A stretch of 64,000 nucleotides of DNA from positions 4,000,211-4,064,210 of the forward strand of contig OZ316897.1 of assembly GCA_973895155.1 (NCBI GenBank), given 5' to 3'. The notes under the pieces are model-generated. The model saw nothing but the letters and a program-made list of their open reading frames with translations, had not been told where the DNA came from and searched no databases. Made by a program: the position numbers and the translations under genes. This DNA is from Marsupella aquatica (taxonomy: Eukaryota > Plantae > Marchantiophyta). Each line of letters starts with the position of its first letter. The stretch's first letter is position 1. Positions 19,541 through 32,700 of this stretch are shown piece after piece.

Positions 19541-21070
19541 TGGTTCATTCATGAGTTGATCCGGTGATTGTTTCTCATTATATTTAAATCAGTTGACCTC
19601 ATTTGTAGCAAAATTAACTCCAAATAGAATTTGGAGAGCAACAAAGGAGGATGTCCATCCTGCAGGTTTTCCATGCGGATCTTAAGTGAGCTCATTGAAG
19701 AAGCATGGCTTTTCATGACCGAATGCCATTTAGGTGATAAGTTGCCTTCTTGGTCGCTGACTCAATACGCCTTAAGAAACTCCCTAGGTAGAAGGTGGTG
19801 TACAGACACACGGCTCCGAGCTTCTCTGAACATTTTGTGAATGAAGAATGTTTTCTTGAGGCGATCTATTGTAGTATTCCTTAAATTGTACTGCCAACAG
19901 ATTGAATGTTGCTTATCCAGGTTTGGTTGATTAGCCAACAAGGATGTTAATTTCATTGCTAGATGATACCAGACCCGTTTAAACCATCAAATGAATGTAT
20001 CAATGTTCTGGGAACAAAATCTCTGAAAGATCATTCTGGTACTGCTCGAGTGATCAGAAGGCTTCTCAAAGGTCATAATGGTGTACTACGACAGGATCTC
20101 AATTCTCCATCGTTCCTTACAAAGTGCGTCAAAAGACAATACGAAATGTTGCAAACCTCTTCTGCACGTCCGTTCAGAGTAAGTATTGTTCAGAGGTGTA
20201 AGTTCGTGCTTCTGGGTTGTTCCTCTGCTCATGTTCATCTGCTGTGGGAATTGAGGAATGTGAATCCCCTCTGTGCTCACGTATTGTAATATTTGAAGGC
20301 CTTAACACGAACTGAATGTTTCGATCAAGCTATCAATCCATTTTGCTATAACAAAGGTCAGTGACTTTGTACTAAAATCCATACTGTCCAGTGGTGTCCG
20401 TGCCATCCTGACAGTCTATCCTCAGTTTGGTTAATTTGATGAACGCTAGTACAACCATGATGTTGTAGAAGCTTGAGTTGGATATGGATGTAATTTCTCG
20501 TGTTCTTTGGAGAGAAAAAAAACTACTCTCCCTAGTAGAGAGTTTCAAAGGTTCAAGTTTGATGGACCTTAACTAAAGACAGAAAAAGATATGGATTACC
20601 AAATTAGTAGGCAAAAAGGATTGGTCATATGCCTTGCCTTGACCTCAGAGGCTCCTGAATTTGAAAATAGCCGTGGACTCTGGACCAAAAGTATTTTGAA
20701 AAGAAGTTCAATAAATGCAAAATTCATCAAATGAAGAAGCCAAAGTTTGGAAATGTATGGACAGCCTCTCCTGGTGATATAATTTTTTTGACAGAATAAG
20801 CACTCCACATGAGTATATTTGTAAACCCACTATATTTGTAAACCCACTGCTTGGCATGTAGGACATCGCCATACCTAGATGAGCCCCAAAGCTCTTCATA
20901 TGAACCTAGCTGTTGTATCCATTCATTGGATGATCCAGATTTGATTTACTAGAAAAAAGAAGAAGCCATGTACACTATTCTTGAATGGCCCCTCTAAGTT
21001 CTTATAACCCTGTTTGGCATGGAGGACAGGTAGACTCCGTACCTAAAAGAGCCCCCAGTTCTTATAAGCC

Positions 21071-21414
21071 TGTTAGATATTGCTCTAGTCTTGTGACTCA
21101 TGAGCTAACCACAGTTAGTCTAACTTGGGTTAGGACTTAGCTAATGTTAGCGGTAGTGTTAGTGTGCATATAGTCAGGGCTGATGCCAGACCCTGGTGGA
21201 ACTTAGGCTCATTGTTACGGAGCTAGTTGAGAGATAGGGAGAGCTTGTGCTGTGGATGCTTGGTATAGCCGGTCGGCCTAGAGTGCAGTAAAGCTCTTGT
21301 GTGTTCCCGTGGACGTAGCCTCATGTGGAGGTCAACCACGTATCTCTCTGTGTCGACTATTCTGCGTTGGATGGTTCATGGGCTTGCCGTTGCAAATGTC
21401 ATCTATGCTCAACA
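21071..21414 (+). repeat. 5' LTR of Copia A (344 bp)
   Basis: TGTTAG...CAACA, followed by a PBS; same family as the C LTRs. Confidence 0.95.
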
Positions 21415-23871
21415 AGTGGTGTCTGAACATGCCTGGGAGGTGACGAGGTTTTTTCGTGACAGGTTTGTTTTTTCAGCGTTAATTGTCGATGGTACATTCG
21501 GAGTTTCGTCGCATGAAACTTGAATGTGTGTGGCTGTGCGGATAGGTTAGTGAGAGGGCTTTCTAACGGTGGTTAGAACTCGCTGATCGGTATCCGTGGT
21601 GCGGAGGAATTGAAATTTGCGTCGTTAAGGTTTTATTCGTGTTCGACGGCTTTTCGGGGGAGAGACCAGAGATCGCATTTTTCAACGGTGTGAGCCGTGC
21701 GGTGCGGGAGGGATCACACATTATAGCTCAAGTTGAAGGTTATAGCCAGCTAGTCGTTTCGGTAGCTGGATTGCTGCCGAGTTGTTACCGAGTGTGTCGT
21801 GACGAGTGAAGGAGGCGTTCAGGTTTTTTCACAAGCTATGAAGCTTGTTCTCATCTGAACCGGGTTTCTCTTTGTGACGTCCGACTAGGTTGAAAAAACG
21901 CAAAGTGCTACGGCTCAACGGTTTGATCGCGGCAAGGCGGTTATTTTGAGCCCGGGATTGGCACTTGACGCGGAGTGAAGGCGACGCGGCGGAAATTGTT
22001 TACTCAGCTGAAGCGGCAGACTGAGCCGGTGAAATTTGGCCACATTTACCGTCGGCGACGTTCATTTTACTCGTTGGAAATAGCGGCGGCAAAGGTGAGT
22101 TTATGCCTTTTTTTGTTGGGGGGGTCATTTTTGGTTTTAAAGGGGTTTAACCCCTTGTGTGTGTTTATACACACAATCGTGTGTATACACACGCGAATGT
22201 GTGTATAAACACACGTTCTCCCCCTCCTCCCCGTCCCGCCTTGTGTACCGTGTATGCGCGCCCCCCCCCCCCGCACTCCCGTTATTTGTGGCGCAGCGGC
22301 GCCCTGCGCAGCGCCGGCCGGTGCGATTGCAGCCGCTCGGCAGCTGTAGCCCTCCCGTGACCACCCCGTGCCTTAGGGCCTGCCCCGCGCGCCCCTGGCT
22401 GCCGGCCCTGCCTCCTTGCCGCCACGCCCCTGCTGCTGCCGGCAATTCACCCCGGCCCAGTCTCTTAAGGCGTACCCCGGCTGCATACGCAGCCGTCTTT
22501 TTGCTAACCCGAACCCCCTGTTTTTCCCCCTCCTCGACCCTCGACGGTGCCTGGCGCGCCTCGCGTCGCCTATACGGATGCGCCTTTTTTAATACTGGTA
22601 TTTTTGGCTTTAAGGGGCGTAGGCACCCCTTTAGGATCTATTTTTAACCTTTTTCCGCTTCCTCTTGTTTTCCCTTTGTGCCGGGACCTGCCGCCCTCCG
22701 TTTTAACCACTCCGACTGGGGGAACGGCCCCCTGTGAGACCTGTCGGACTGTGCGGGAATATTCCCAAAAAATAGAGAGTTGTTTTTCGGCCGTCCGACA
22801 AAGATTCTGTCCGCCGAACGGTAACTTTTTGGTTCTTTTTCGGTGAGGACATTGCAACGCGGCGCACCAATCACATCGCAATTCCGACGATGGGTTGTAC
22901 TTGGTATTTTGGTTATTCTCCGAGGTGGTCAAAACGGGGGAGTTTCCCAAGGTTTTACCCACCCTGACCAAAATTTGAATAACTTTTCCGTCGAATTTTG
23001 ATTTTGATTTCGACTTTCAGTATTGGACTCCTAGCTTTGTGAGCTACGCGGCGGTGTTGAGTTTTGAGTTTTATGAGAAGTTTCAAAAAAAAGACATTTT
23101 TTCATGATTGTTTCATATGAGTGACTCAGGGGATACTGGAAGAATTGGCGTCGGTGGAGCTTCAGGATCACGACGGTCAGATGGTGAGTCTGAGGAGGAA
23201 CTGCTACCATTTGAGGAGGAACTTGTAACACCGGTACGATCACCGGTGCGGCGTGCAGTGGAGGAAGTTGTACTACTACCAGAGCTGTCGGTAGTTGGGA
23301 AGAAGAGGGAGATGGCTAGATTTGGAGGAGTGAAGTTTGAGGTGGAGAAGTACGATGGTCGTACTAATTACTTGCTCTGGGAGAAGCAAGTGAAGGGTGT
23401 CCTTCGGGCCATGGGCTTAGCTCATCTGCTTTCTTCACGAGAGCAGTATGATGGAGAGGAGGAGATTTCTGTGAAGCAATGGAGATAGGAGCAGGTGATT
23501 GCTGTTAATGCAGTGATGCTTTATGTGAAGCCGCATATCATCAAACAGCTAGATGATTATGCGGATTGCGCGTCACTGTTCAAGGCTCTAAGAGAGAAGT
23601 ACTACCGGGAAGATGCGTCAAACCGGTTGTACAAGAAGTCTCTCTTGATGAGCCTCAGGCTCAAGGAAGGGAGCAAGATGCAGGATCACCTGGATGAATT
23701 TGACAGTCTAGCGGTGGATCTGTCAAACCTGGGAAAAGGAGTTGAAGATGAGGATAAGGCCTTGCTTCTGCTAAGCTCCTTACCGCCGTCATATCAGGGC
23801 TTGAAATAGGTGCTCTTGTATAGAGATCTTGTTGGGTATTTACTCTTACGTCTAGGTTAGGTATGACGTGG

Positions 23872-23992
23872 TTGGTACAACAACGTGGGTTGGTACAACT
23901 ACGTGGTTAGGTACAACTACGTGATTAGGTACAACTATGTGGTTAGGTACAACTACGTGATTAGGTACAACTATGTGGTTAGGTACAACTAA
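23872..23992. repeat. 18-bp tandem array in the U3 of the B LTR (also ~29948-30068)
   Basis: About 7 copies of ggtacaactaYgtgRtta. Confidence 0.9.
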
Positions 23993-25405
23993 GTTGCACA
24001 CTATATCATAAGAGGCATGTGTGCTTGGAGAGGTAGAACCAAGGCTCATTGTTATGGAGCCACTTGAGAGATAGGGAGAGCTTACACTGTGGAGACTCGG
24101 TATAGCCGACGGGCTTAGAGTTCAGTAAAGCTCTCTTGTGTGTTCCCATGGACGTAGCCTCAAGGAGGTGAACCACGTATCTCTTGTGTCGACTATTGTG
24201 CGTTGGATGGTTCATGGGCTTGCCGTTGCGATCGTCGTCTATGCTCAACAATTGGTATCAGAGCATGCTTGGGAGGTGACGTGTATTCGTGACGGGATTT
24301 CATGACGGTTTTTTCCAGCGTTGAGTGTTGGTGGATTTTCCAGAGTTCCATCGCATGGAACTTGGAGTTTATGGGCTCAACGGATAGATCAGGGCAAGAG
24401 CTTTCTAACGGTGTGAAGAAATCGTTGAACGGAGCTCGTGGTGCAGAGAGATCTAAGTTTTCGTCGTTCTGGATTTTGTGAAGAAAGTTGGCAATCGACT
24501 CAGAGGGAGAAGCGTCAAGTGTTTTGACTCAACGGAGAGATTGAGGCAAGACGATTGTTTTTGAGTCCGGGATTGGCTCTTTGATGCAAAGAGGAAGGCT
24601 AAGCAAAATCAATTACCTTGTTGGACTTGGTGACGGCACCAAGTGCAATTGATCAACATTCGTTGTTGACAAGGTACCATTTTTTTCTCTTTGAAAAACT
24701 GATTCGAAATTGGCTATGGCAATTGAGAGAAATCTGTCATCTTTACCAATTTTTTTCTCCCTCGTTCTTTCCTCGTTTTGGGTGCTTCTTATATCGATCT
24801 TCATCACCTCGGAGTCTAGTTTCCAAATCTGAAATCGGATCTTGATTTAGTCAAAACCCGAGTGAGATATCTTGCGTTTGATGTTGAGGGGTACATTCTG
24901 CCGTGTGTATTTTCTGCGCGCGCGACCAGATTTCGACGACGAAGGGTGGTAGGGGGTTTTGGGGGTTCGAGGACACATGTCAGCCCCTCGATTGTTCTTC
25001 CAAAATTCCCACAGGGCCTGTACAAGGGTCATAGAATATTCCAAAAAACCAGAGAGCTATTTTTTGACCATCCGACAAAGATTTCATCCGCCGAACGGTA
25101 ACTTTTTTGGTTATTTTTCGGCGAGGTCGTAGCCATTGAAGTTGGCAATGCAGCGCACCAATCACATCGCAATTCCGACAACGGGTTGTACTTGGTATTT
25201 CGGTTATTCCCTGAGGTGGTCAAAACGGGGGAGTTTCCCAAGGTTTTACCCACCTCGACCGAAATTTGAATAACTTTTCCGTCAAATTTCGATTTTGATT
25301 TTGGTTTTCAGTATTGGACTCCTAGCTTTGTGGGCTACGCGGCGGTGTTGAGTTTCGAGTTTTTTGAGAAGTTGTGAAAAACAACATTTTTTGTGACTTT
25401 CTCAT

Positions 25406-26440
25406 ATGAGTGATTCGGAGGAGTTTTTCGAAGACGTGGAACTTGAAGCACGAGGATCACCGCAGAGGTTTCAGGGGCAGAGAGAGGAGCAGGAGGAAGA
25501 GCACGTGACACCGATACCATCACCGGTGCGGCGTGTGGTGGAGGAAGCAGTACTACTACCGGAGCTCACGGTAAAGAAGAAGATGAGGACTTTCAAGCTT
25601 GGGGGACCCAAGTATGAAGTGACAAAGTATGATGGGCGCTCTGACTACTTGCTATGGGAGAAGCAGGTGAAGGGAGTGCTTTATGCGTCAGGGATGGGCC
25701 AACTGCTGAGCCCTCGTGAAGACGATGTTGATGAGAAACAATGGGACCGCATGCAGGAGCAGGGAGTGTGGTGTGTTACACTCTATCTCATGCCTCCCAT
25801 CATCAAGCAGTTGGGTGCACATAAGGATTGCATGTCCTTATTTGCGGAATTGCAGAGCAAGTATCACCGCAAGGAGTTGTCGAACCGGCTCTACACTTCC
25901 TACAAACTGATGAGTTTCAGGATGAAGGAATCTGGTATGAAGTTGCAAGACCATGTGGATGCTTTCAACGACATGGTCGTTGACTTGGAAAACCTTGGGG
26001 AGACTTTGAATGATGAGACGAAGGCTCTGCAGCTTCTTAGTTCATTGCCTCCATCTTACCAGTCCCTATCACGAGTGTTGTTGCATCGTGATAGGGATAC
26101 CATTTCATACAATGACGTGGTAAGTTCTCTGCTTAGTGATGATCTTCAGCAGAAGATGCACATCACGTCACAGCCTTCATCATCTGGTGCTGCCCTCAAT
26201 GTTAACCGTGGGAGGAGTATGCAGCGACCAACTGGGGACCGTAGAACCCAGTTTAGATCTAAATCCAGATCTAAGTCCAAGGGTAAATCCCCTCAGAGGA
26301 GGCAGGTGACATGTTGGAAGTGCAACCAAGTTGGACACTTCAAGCGAGACTGTAAGGGAAAGGCAGCGGAAACTTCATCGGCAAATGTGGCTAGGGCTGA
26401 TGGAGAAGCTGATTTACTCAATGATGAGTATGTTTTATGA
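25406..26440 (+). CDS. gag: Copia B Gag (344 aa) with CCHC zinc knuckle
   Basis: Open ORF with CWKCNQVGHFKRDC; ends at TGA 26438-26440. Confidence 0.92.
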   Translation: MSDSEEFFEDVELEARGSPQRFQGQREEQEEEHVTPIPSPVRRVVEEAVLLPELTVKKKMRTFKLGGPKYEVTKYDGRSDYLLWEKQVKGVLYASGMGQLLSPREDDVDEKQWDRMQEQGVWCVTLYLMPPIIKQLGAHKDCMSLFAELQSKYHRKELSNRLYTSYKLMSFRMKESGMKLQDHVDAFNDMVVDLENLGETLNDETKALQLLSSLPPSYQSLSRVLLHRDRDTISYNDVVSSLLSDDLQQKMHITSQPSSSGAALNVNRGRSMQRPTGDRRTQFRSKSRSKSKGKSPQRRQVTCWKCNQVGHFKRDCKGKAAETSSANVARADGEADLLNDEYVL

Positions 26441-29400
26441 AGCCGGGGGTATGCCCTGTGCACGTCATCTAGGAGAGCAGATGATGTGTGGATTCTTGAT
26501 TGTGCTTGCTCTTTTCATATTTGTTACATTCGTGAGTTTTTTCAGTTCTTACTCTATTTCAAACGGTTCAGTTCTGATGGGAAATGATCACTCCTGTCAA
26601 ATTGAGGGAATTGGGTCTGTGAAGATTCAAATGTTTGATGGCGCTGTGCGCACAGTGTCTGGAGTCAGGTATGTACTTGGCATGCGTAAGAATCTGATTT
26701 CACTCGGTGTGTTGGATTCAAATGGTCATCAATGGAGCGTTATTGATGGTGAACTTCAAGTCAGGTCGGGAGAGACAGTGATTTTGAAGGGGAGTAGACA
26801 AAAGAATTTGTATGTGTTACAGGGCAATACTGTATGTGGAGAGGCCAATGTAACCAAGTCTCACGAGGAGATGACTCAACTGTGGCATTCACGGCTAGGC
26901 CACATGAGTGAGAAGGGTTTGGCTATCTTACGGAAGAATGGACTCATTTCTGATTTGCAATCTTGTAAATTAGAGTTTTGTGAGCATTGCATTCTTGGAA
27001 AGCAGCATCGTCGTGCTTTTGGTGTTGGAACTCATCGTTCCAAAGCGGTTCTTGAGTACATACATAGTGACGTGTGGGGTCCATCCCCGACTCCCTCACA
27101 CTCTGGAAAGTTGTACTATGTATCATTTATTGATGATTACTCAAGATTTGTGTGGATTTATTTCATGACGCATAAGTCTGATGTCTTGTCCATTTTTAAG
27201 AAGTGGAAGGCCCAGGTGGAGAATCAGACTGGAAACACGATCAAGTGTTTGGATACAAGGGTGAAGAGTCTGAGGTCAGACAACGGCAGGGAGTACACTT
27301 CAATGGAATTTGAAGAGTACTGTTCAGAACAGGGGATAACTCGCCATCTCACCACAGTTTATACTCCGCAGCAGAATGGTGTCGCTGAGGGGCTCAATCG
27401 GACACTGTTGGAGCGGTCACGGAGTATGTTGAGCCAATCAGGTTTACCACAAGAATTTTGGGCAAAAGCTGTCAATACCGCAGCTTATTTGGTAAATCTT
27501 TCTCCTTCTAGTGCTATCAATTTCAAAACGCCGTTTGAGATGCGCTATAAGTGGCAAGCAGACTATCATGGCTTGGTAATTTTTGGAAGTGATGCATATG
27601 CTCTCACACCAAAGCAGAATAGGACCAAGTTGGATCCTACCTCCAGGAAATGTGTTTTTCTTGGGTACCAGAGTGGTGTGAAAGCCTATAGGCTATGGGA
27701 TCCTATTGCCTGTAAGCTCGTTGTCAGTAGGGATGTTTCCTTCAATGAATCCAGATTATTGAAGGAGGGGGAGAATACTCAGGTCTCCCGTACTGACAAA
27801 GGAAAATCTCCTATCCCGGATCTCGTTGAGGGGGAGATTGGTTATGAGGTGCATGACCGGAGAGAAGGAGTTGCTCCAATTATGGAGCTGGTTCCTATGC
27901 CAGAGGAACCAGAGGAGTTTGTTGATGCTGGTGAGCAACAAGTGGATGCTGTTGAGCTTCAAATTGTACCAGCACACGCAGATCAACCGGAGTCATCGGC
28001 TAGAAGAACATCTGGTCGCACTGTACGCGCTCCATCAAGGTATGGACAGTGGGTTGATTCATCTCAACTGCAAGAGGATGATTTTACAGCTGATGATGAG
28101 GGTGATGCGTTAATTTTGGAAGAAGGAGAACCTTCTTCATTTCATGAGGCAAGTGCTTCAAAAGAGAAGCAGAAGTGGACTGCAGCAATGCAAACGGAGA
28201 TGCAGTCACTAAAGGACAACAAAACTTGGGAGCTTGTTAAGCTGCCTAAGGGTCAGCAAGTGGTGGACAGCAAGTGGATTTACAAGCTGAAGGATAATTT
28301 CATAGGAGGTGGATCGAAGGTCTACAAGGCTAGATTGGTAGCAAAGGGATTCACACAAGAGAAAGGTGTGGATTACAATGAGGTCTTCTCACCAGTTGCT
28401 AAGTACTCTACAATACGACTATTGTGTGTACTTGTTGTAATGTTTGGTCTGCTCCTAGATCAGATGGATGTTGTCACAGCTTTCCTCTATGGCACATTGG
28501 AAGAGGTGATCTTCATGAGACAACCGCTAGGTTTTGTGAAGAGAGGACAGGAGGAATTGGTTTGCAGATTGCTGAAATCCTTGTATGGGTTGAAGCAGTC
28601 ACCAAGACAGTGGAACAAGCGGTTTGACGATTGGATTCGGTCACAAGGTTTTCACAGAAGTGTATTTGACCCTTGTGTGTATTTGAAACCGGTGAAGAAT
28701 GTTGTCTTTGGGTTCATTGTTTTAGTACTTTATGTGGATGACATGCTAATTGCAGCCAAGGATAGGTCTGAGATTGTTAAGCTCAAGGCACTGCTTAGTG
28801 CAGAGTTTAAGATGAAGGACTTAGGGCCAGCTAAGAGGATTTTGGGTATGGAGATCACTAGGGACTTGGAGGCTGGCAAGCTATGGTTGACGCAGAGCAG
28901 TTATGCGAGGAAGGTAATTGCAAGGTTCAACATGGAGAATAGCAAACCAGTAAGTACCCCGTTGGCTCCACACTTCAAGTTATCATCAGCGTTCTGTCCT
29001 ATGGATGACACAGAGAAGGGGTTGATGTCAAAGGTTCCATATGACAAGGCAGTGGGGAGTCTCATGTATTTGATGACTTGCACTAGACCTGATCTTGCCA
29101 TGGCTATGGGCAAGGTGAGCAGGTACATGTCGAATCCAGGGAAGGTACACTGGGAAGCAGTGAAGTGGATTATCAAGTACTTGAAGGGTACCGTGGATCA
29201 TGGTCTTTTATTTGATGCGAATGCAAAGAATGCTAGATCATTGATTGGCTATGTAGATTCTGACTATGGACAAGATTTGGACCGAAGGAGATCAACAACA
29301 GGATACGTGTTCACACTTGGCGGTGGATGCATAAGTTGGAGGTCTACTTTGCAGAAGTGTATTGCTCAGTCTACTACAGAAGCGGAGTATGTTGCAGCTG

Positions 29401-29714
29401 CGGAAGCAGCAAAGGAAGCGATTTGGTTGGATAGACTTATCACTGAAATGGGATTGCCACAAGGGAATGTGAAGCTCCATTGTGATAGTCAAAGTGCACT
29501 CCACCTTGCTGTGAACCAGGTGATGGACAGCAGAGTGAAGCACATTGACGTCAGGTACCATTTTATCAGGCAGGCTGTGTCTGATAATTTGTTTGAGCTA
29601 GTCAAGATTGATGGTAAACTCAACCCGGCTGACGCATTTACCAAAGTGATTCCTTTGGAGAGTTTCTCTAGACACCGTGACGTATTGCAGGTTTTGCAAT
29701 TGCATCACAAGTAG
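26441..29714 (+). CDS. pol: Copia B Pol (protease, GAG-pre-integrase, integrase, RT, RNase H)
   Basis: Protease WILDCACSFH lies in the gag frame right after the TGA; a +1 shift in the T6 run 26537-26542 leads into the long ORF with HSDVWGP, YVDDML and KHIDVRYHF, stop at 29714. Confidence 0.9.
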
Positions 29715-32700
29715 AGTTTTCTTAAACATTCATTGTAATTACTGATATATGCTCTTCCTCATTCCTATGTATTAGGCTACGGCTTAGTTCTGGTTTGCTC
29801 TAGTTAGAGAGGGAAACCGGTTTGGTTTCTGTCTAGAACTTCCCGCTGAGGGATCATATACATTGGCAGTATTACTCTCCCCTAGACCAGAGTCAAGGGG
29901 GAGATTGTTGGGTATTTACTCTTACGTCTAGGTTAGGTATGACGTGGTTGGTACAACAACGTGGGTTGGTACAACTACGTGGTTAGGTACAACTACGTGA
30001 TTAGGTACAACTATGTGGTTAGGTACAACTACGTGATTAGGTACAACTATGTGGTTAGGTACAACTAAGTTGCACACTATATCATAAGAGGCATGTGTGC
30101 TTGGAGAGGTAGAACCAAGGCTCATTGTTATGGAGCCACTTGAGAGATAGGGAGAGCTTACACTGTGGAGACTCGGTATAGCCGATGGGCTTAGAGTTCA
30201 GTAAAGCTCTCTTGTGTGTTCCCATGGACGTAGCCTCAAGGAGGTGAACCACGTATCTCTTGTGTCGACTATTGTGCGTTGGATGGTTCATGGGCTTGCC
30301 GTTGCGATCATCGTCTATGCTCAACAGATCTGAAGTCAATTTCGTATAATGAGGTGGTGAGCTCTTTATTGTCTGATGATACTCAGAAAAAGCTGGGTCA
30401 ATCACAGATAGCATCTTCTTCTGGCATTGCGCTGAATGTGAACCGGGGAAGACTAGCGCAACGCACGAATGGACAAATCAGGTTTAGATCTACATCACGG
30501 GGGAGATCTAAATCCAGAGGGAAATCGCAAGAGAGAAAGCCTCTTGCATGTTAGAATTGTGGCAAGCCAGGCCATATGAAAAGGGATTGTTGAGTAAAGG
30601 TCCCTACTGCATCTGCTAACGCGGCATCGAGCTTGCATGAGGTAGATTTACTCGATGATGATGACATATTGTGATGCCAAGGTTATGCTCTCAACGTAGT
30701 GTCAAATCCAGGTAGTGATGATTGGATTCTACACAGTGCATGTACTTTTCACATTTGCTCTAGGAGAGATTGTTTCAATTCTTACACGGTTTCCAACGGG
30801 TCAATGTTGATGGGAAATGGAATCCCATGTCAAGTTGTTGGACTTGGATCTGTAAGATTTCACATGTTTGATGGTGTTGTAAGAACATTAAGGAATGTGA
30901 CACATATCCCCAGCATGATGAAAAATCTCATTTCACTTGGAGTTTTAGAGGCAAATGGCCATCAATGGAGTTTTGTTGATGGTATCCTTCAGGTTTCAAC
31001 TGGTACTAAAGTTGTATTGAAGGGAAAGAGACATAGCAATCTATACATTTTGGAGGGTAGTGTGGTTTGTGATGAAGCCAATGTAACCTTATCTCATGAG
31101 GAGACGACCCAGCTGTGGCACTTCTGTTTGGCCCACATGAGTGAAAAAGGTTTGGTTATTCTTCAGAAGAAAGGATTATTTTCTAATTTGCAATCTTGTA
31201 AGTTGGAATTTTGTGAACACTGTGTGCTAGGAAAGCAGCACAGAAAACCCTTCAGAGTTGGAACTCACACTAGCAAGGAGGTACTTGAGTATGTACATAG
31301 TGATGTGTGGGGTCCAGCCCCTACTCCCTCACATTCTGGACGGTTATACTATGTCACGTTCATAGACGATTACTCAAGGTATGTGTGGATATACTTTCTA
31401 CACAATAAGTCTGATGTTTTTGTCACTTTTAAGGAGTGGAAAGCCCAAGTTGAGAATCAGACTGGTAATAAGGTGAGATATCTTTGATTGGATAATGGCG
31501 GTGAATATAATTCCGGGGAATTTGGAACATATTGTAAGGAGCAGGGAATTACCGGTCATCTCACAACAAATTATACTCCTCAGCAGAACGGTGTTTTTGA
31601 GAGACTCAACCGAACACTGTTGGACCGCTCGAGGAGTATGTTGAGTCAATCATGCTTACCACATGAGTTTTGGGCTGAAGTTGTCAACACTGCAGCTTAT
31701 TTGGTAAATTTTTCTCCATCCAATTCTATTGGATTCAAGACTCCATTTGAAATGAGGTACGGGCGTCCAACAGATTATTCACATCTGAGGATTTTTGGAT
31801 GTGATCCTTACGTGCTTACACTTTCCCAGCTTCGATCCAAGCTGGAGTCCAAGTCGAAGAAGTGCATTTTCCTTGGCTATCAGAAAGGTGTGAAGGGTTA
31901 TAGGTTATGGGATCCAGTAACCTATAAACTAATTGTCAGTAGAGATGTGTCCTTTAACGAGTCCAGATCATCAAAGGAGGGGGAGAGTTCTCAGAACTCC
32001 CATACTGACAAGGGGAAATCTCCCATCCCGGACCGGGTTGAGGGGGAGATTAGTCATGATGCAGTTCATGACAGGAGAGATGGAGAAGCTTCGGGCTTGG
32101 ATTTGGTTCTTGTGATGAAACAAGAGGAGCAGATTGTTGCTGGGGTACCTCAAATTCAGCCAGCAGCAGCAGTAGATCAGTCTGAGTCATCTACTAGAAG
32201 AACTTCCAGTCGTTCTACTAGAGCTCCTACCAGGTATGGTCAATGGGCAGACTCATCTAAGCTAGATGATATTGACATTGCACCTGATAAAGATGACATG
32301 GCTTTGATCTTGGAAGAAGGAGAGCCTTCTTCGTACAGTGAGGCTTGTGCTTCAGAGCATAAGCATGAGTGGAATGCAGCAATACAGAGGGAGTTACAAT
32401 CTTTGAGTGACAACAAGACATGGGAGCTGAACTTCCAAGAGGTCAGCAAGTGAGTGGACAGCAAGTGAATTTACAAGTTGAAAGACAGTCCTTCAGAGGG
32501 TGGAGACAAGATCTACAAGGCAAGGCTTGTTGCCAAGGGATTCACTCAGGAGAAAGGAGTGGATTACAATGAGGTCTTTTCACCGGTGGCTAAGTATTCC
32601 ACAATTCGGATCTTGTGTCAACTTGTTGTATTTTTTAATCTGGTGATGGATGAGATGGATGTTGTTACTGCTTTTCTCTATGGCAACTTGGAAAAGTTGA

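Larger units (their letters stand above)
23830..30326 (+). mobile_element. Copia LTR retrotransposon B (young, near intact)
   Basis: LTRs 23830-24250 and 29906-30326 (421 bp, ~2 mismatches by eye); PBS tggtatcagagc 24253-24264; PPT agagtcaagggggagat 29889-29905; TSD GATCT at 23825-23829 and 30327-30331. Confidence 0.97.

Noticed and set aside
23852-24049. VVPNH-repeat peptide ORFs (also 29928-30125), and IRALNHG or IMRCK repeat ORFs elsewhere
   Set aside because: These are translations of DNA tandem repeats with no evidence of coding function.
26331-26540. N-terminus of the 1127-aa ORF as a real pol start, or a programmed frameshift
   Set aside because: The protease motif lies in the gag frame; the ORF-track N-terminus is off-frame, and A and C show no shift at this site.
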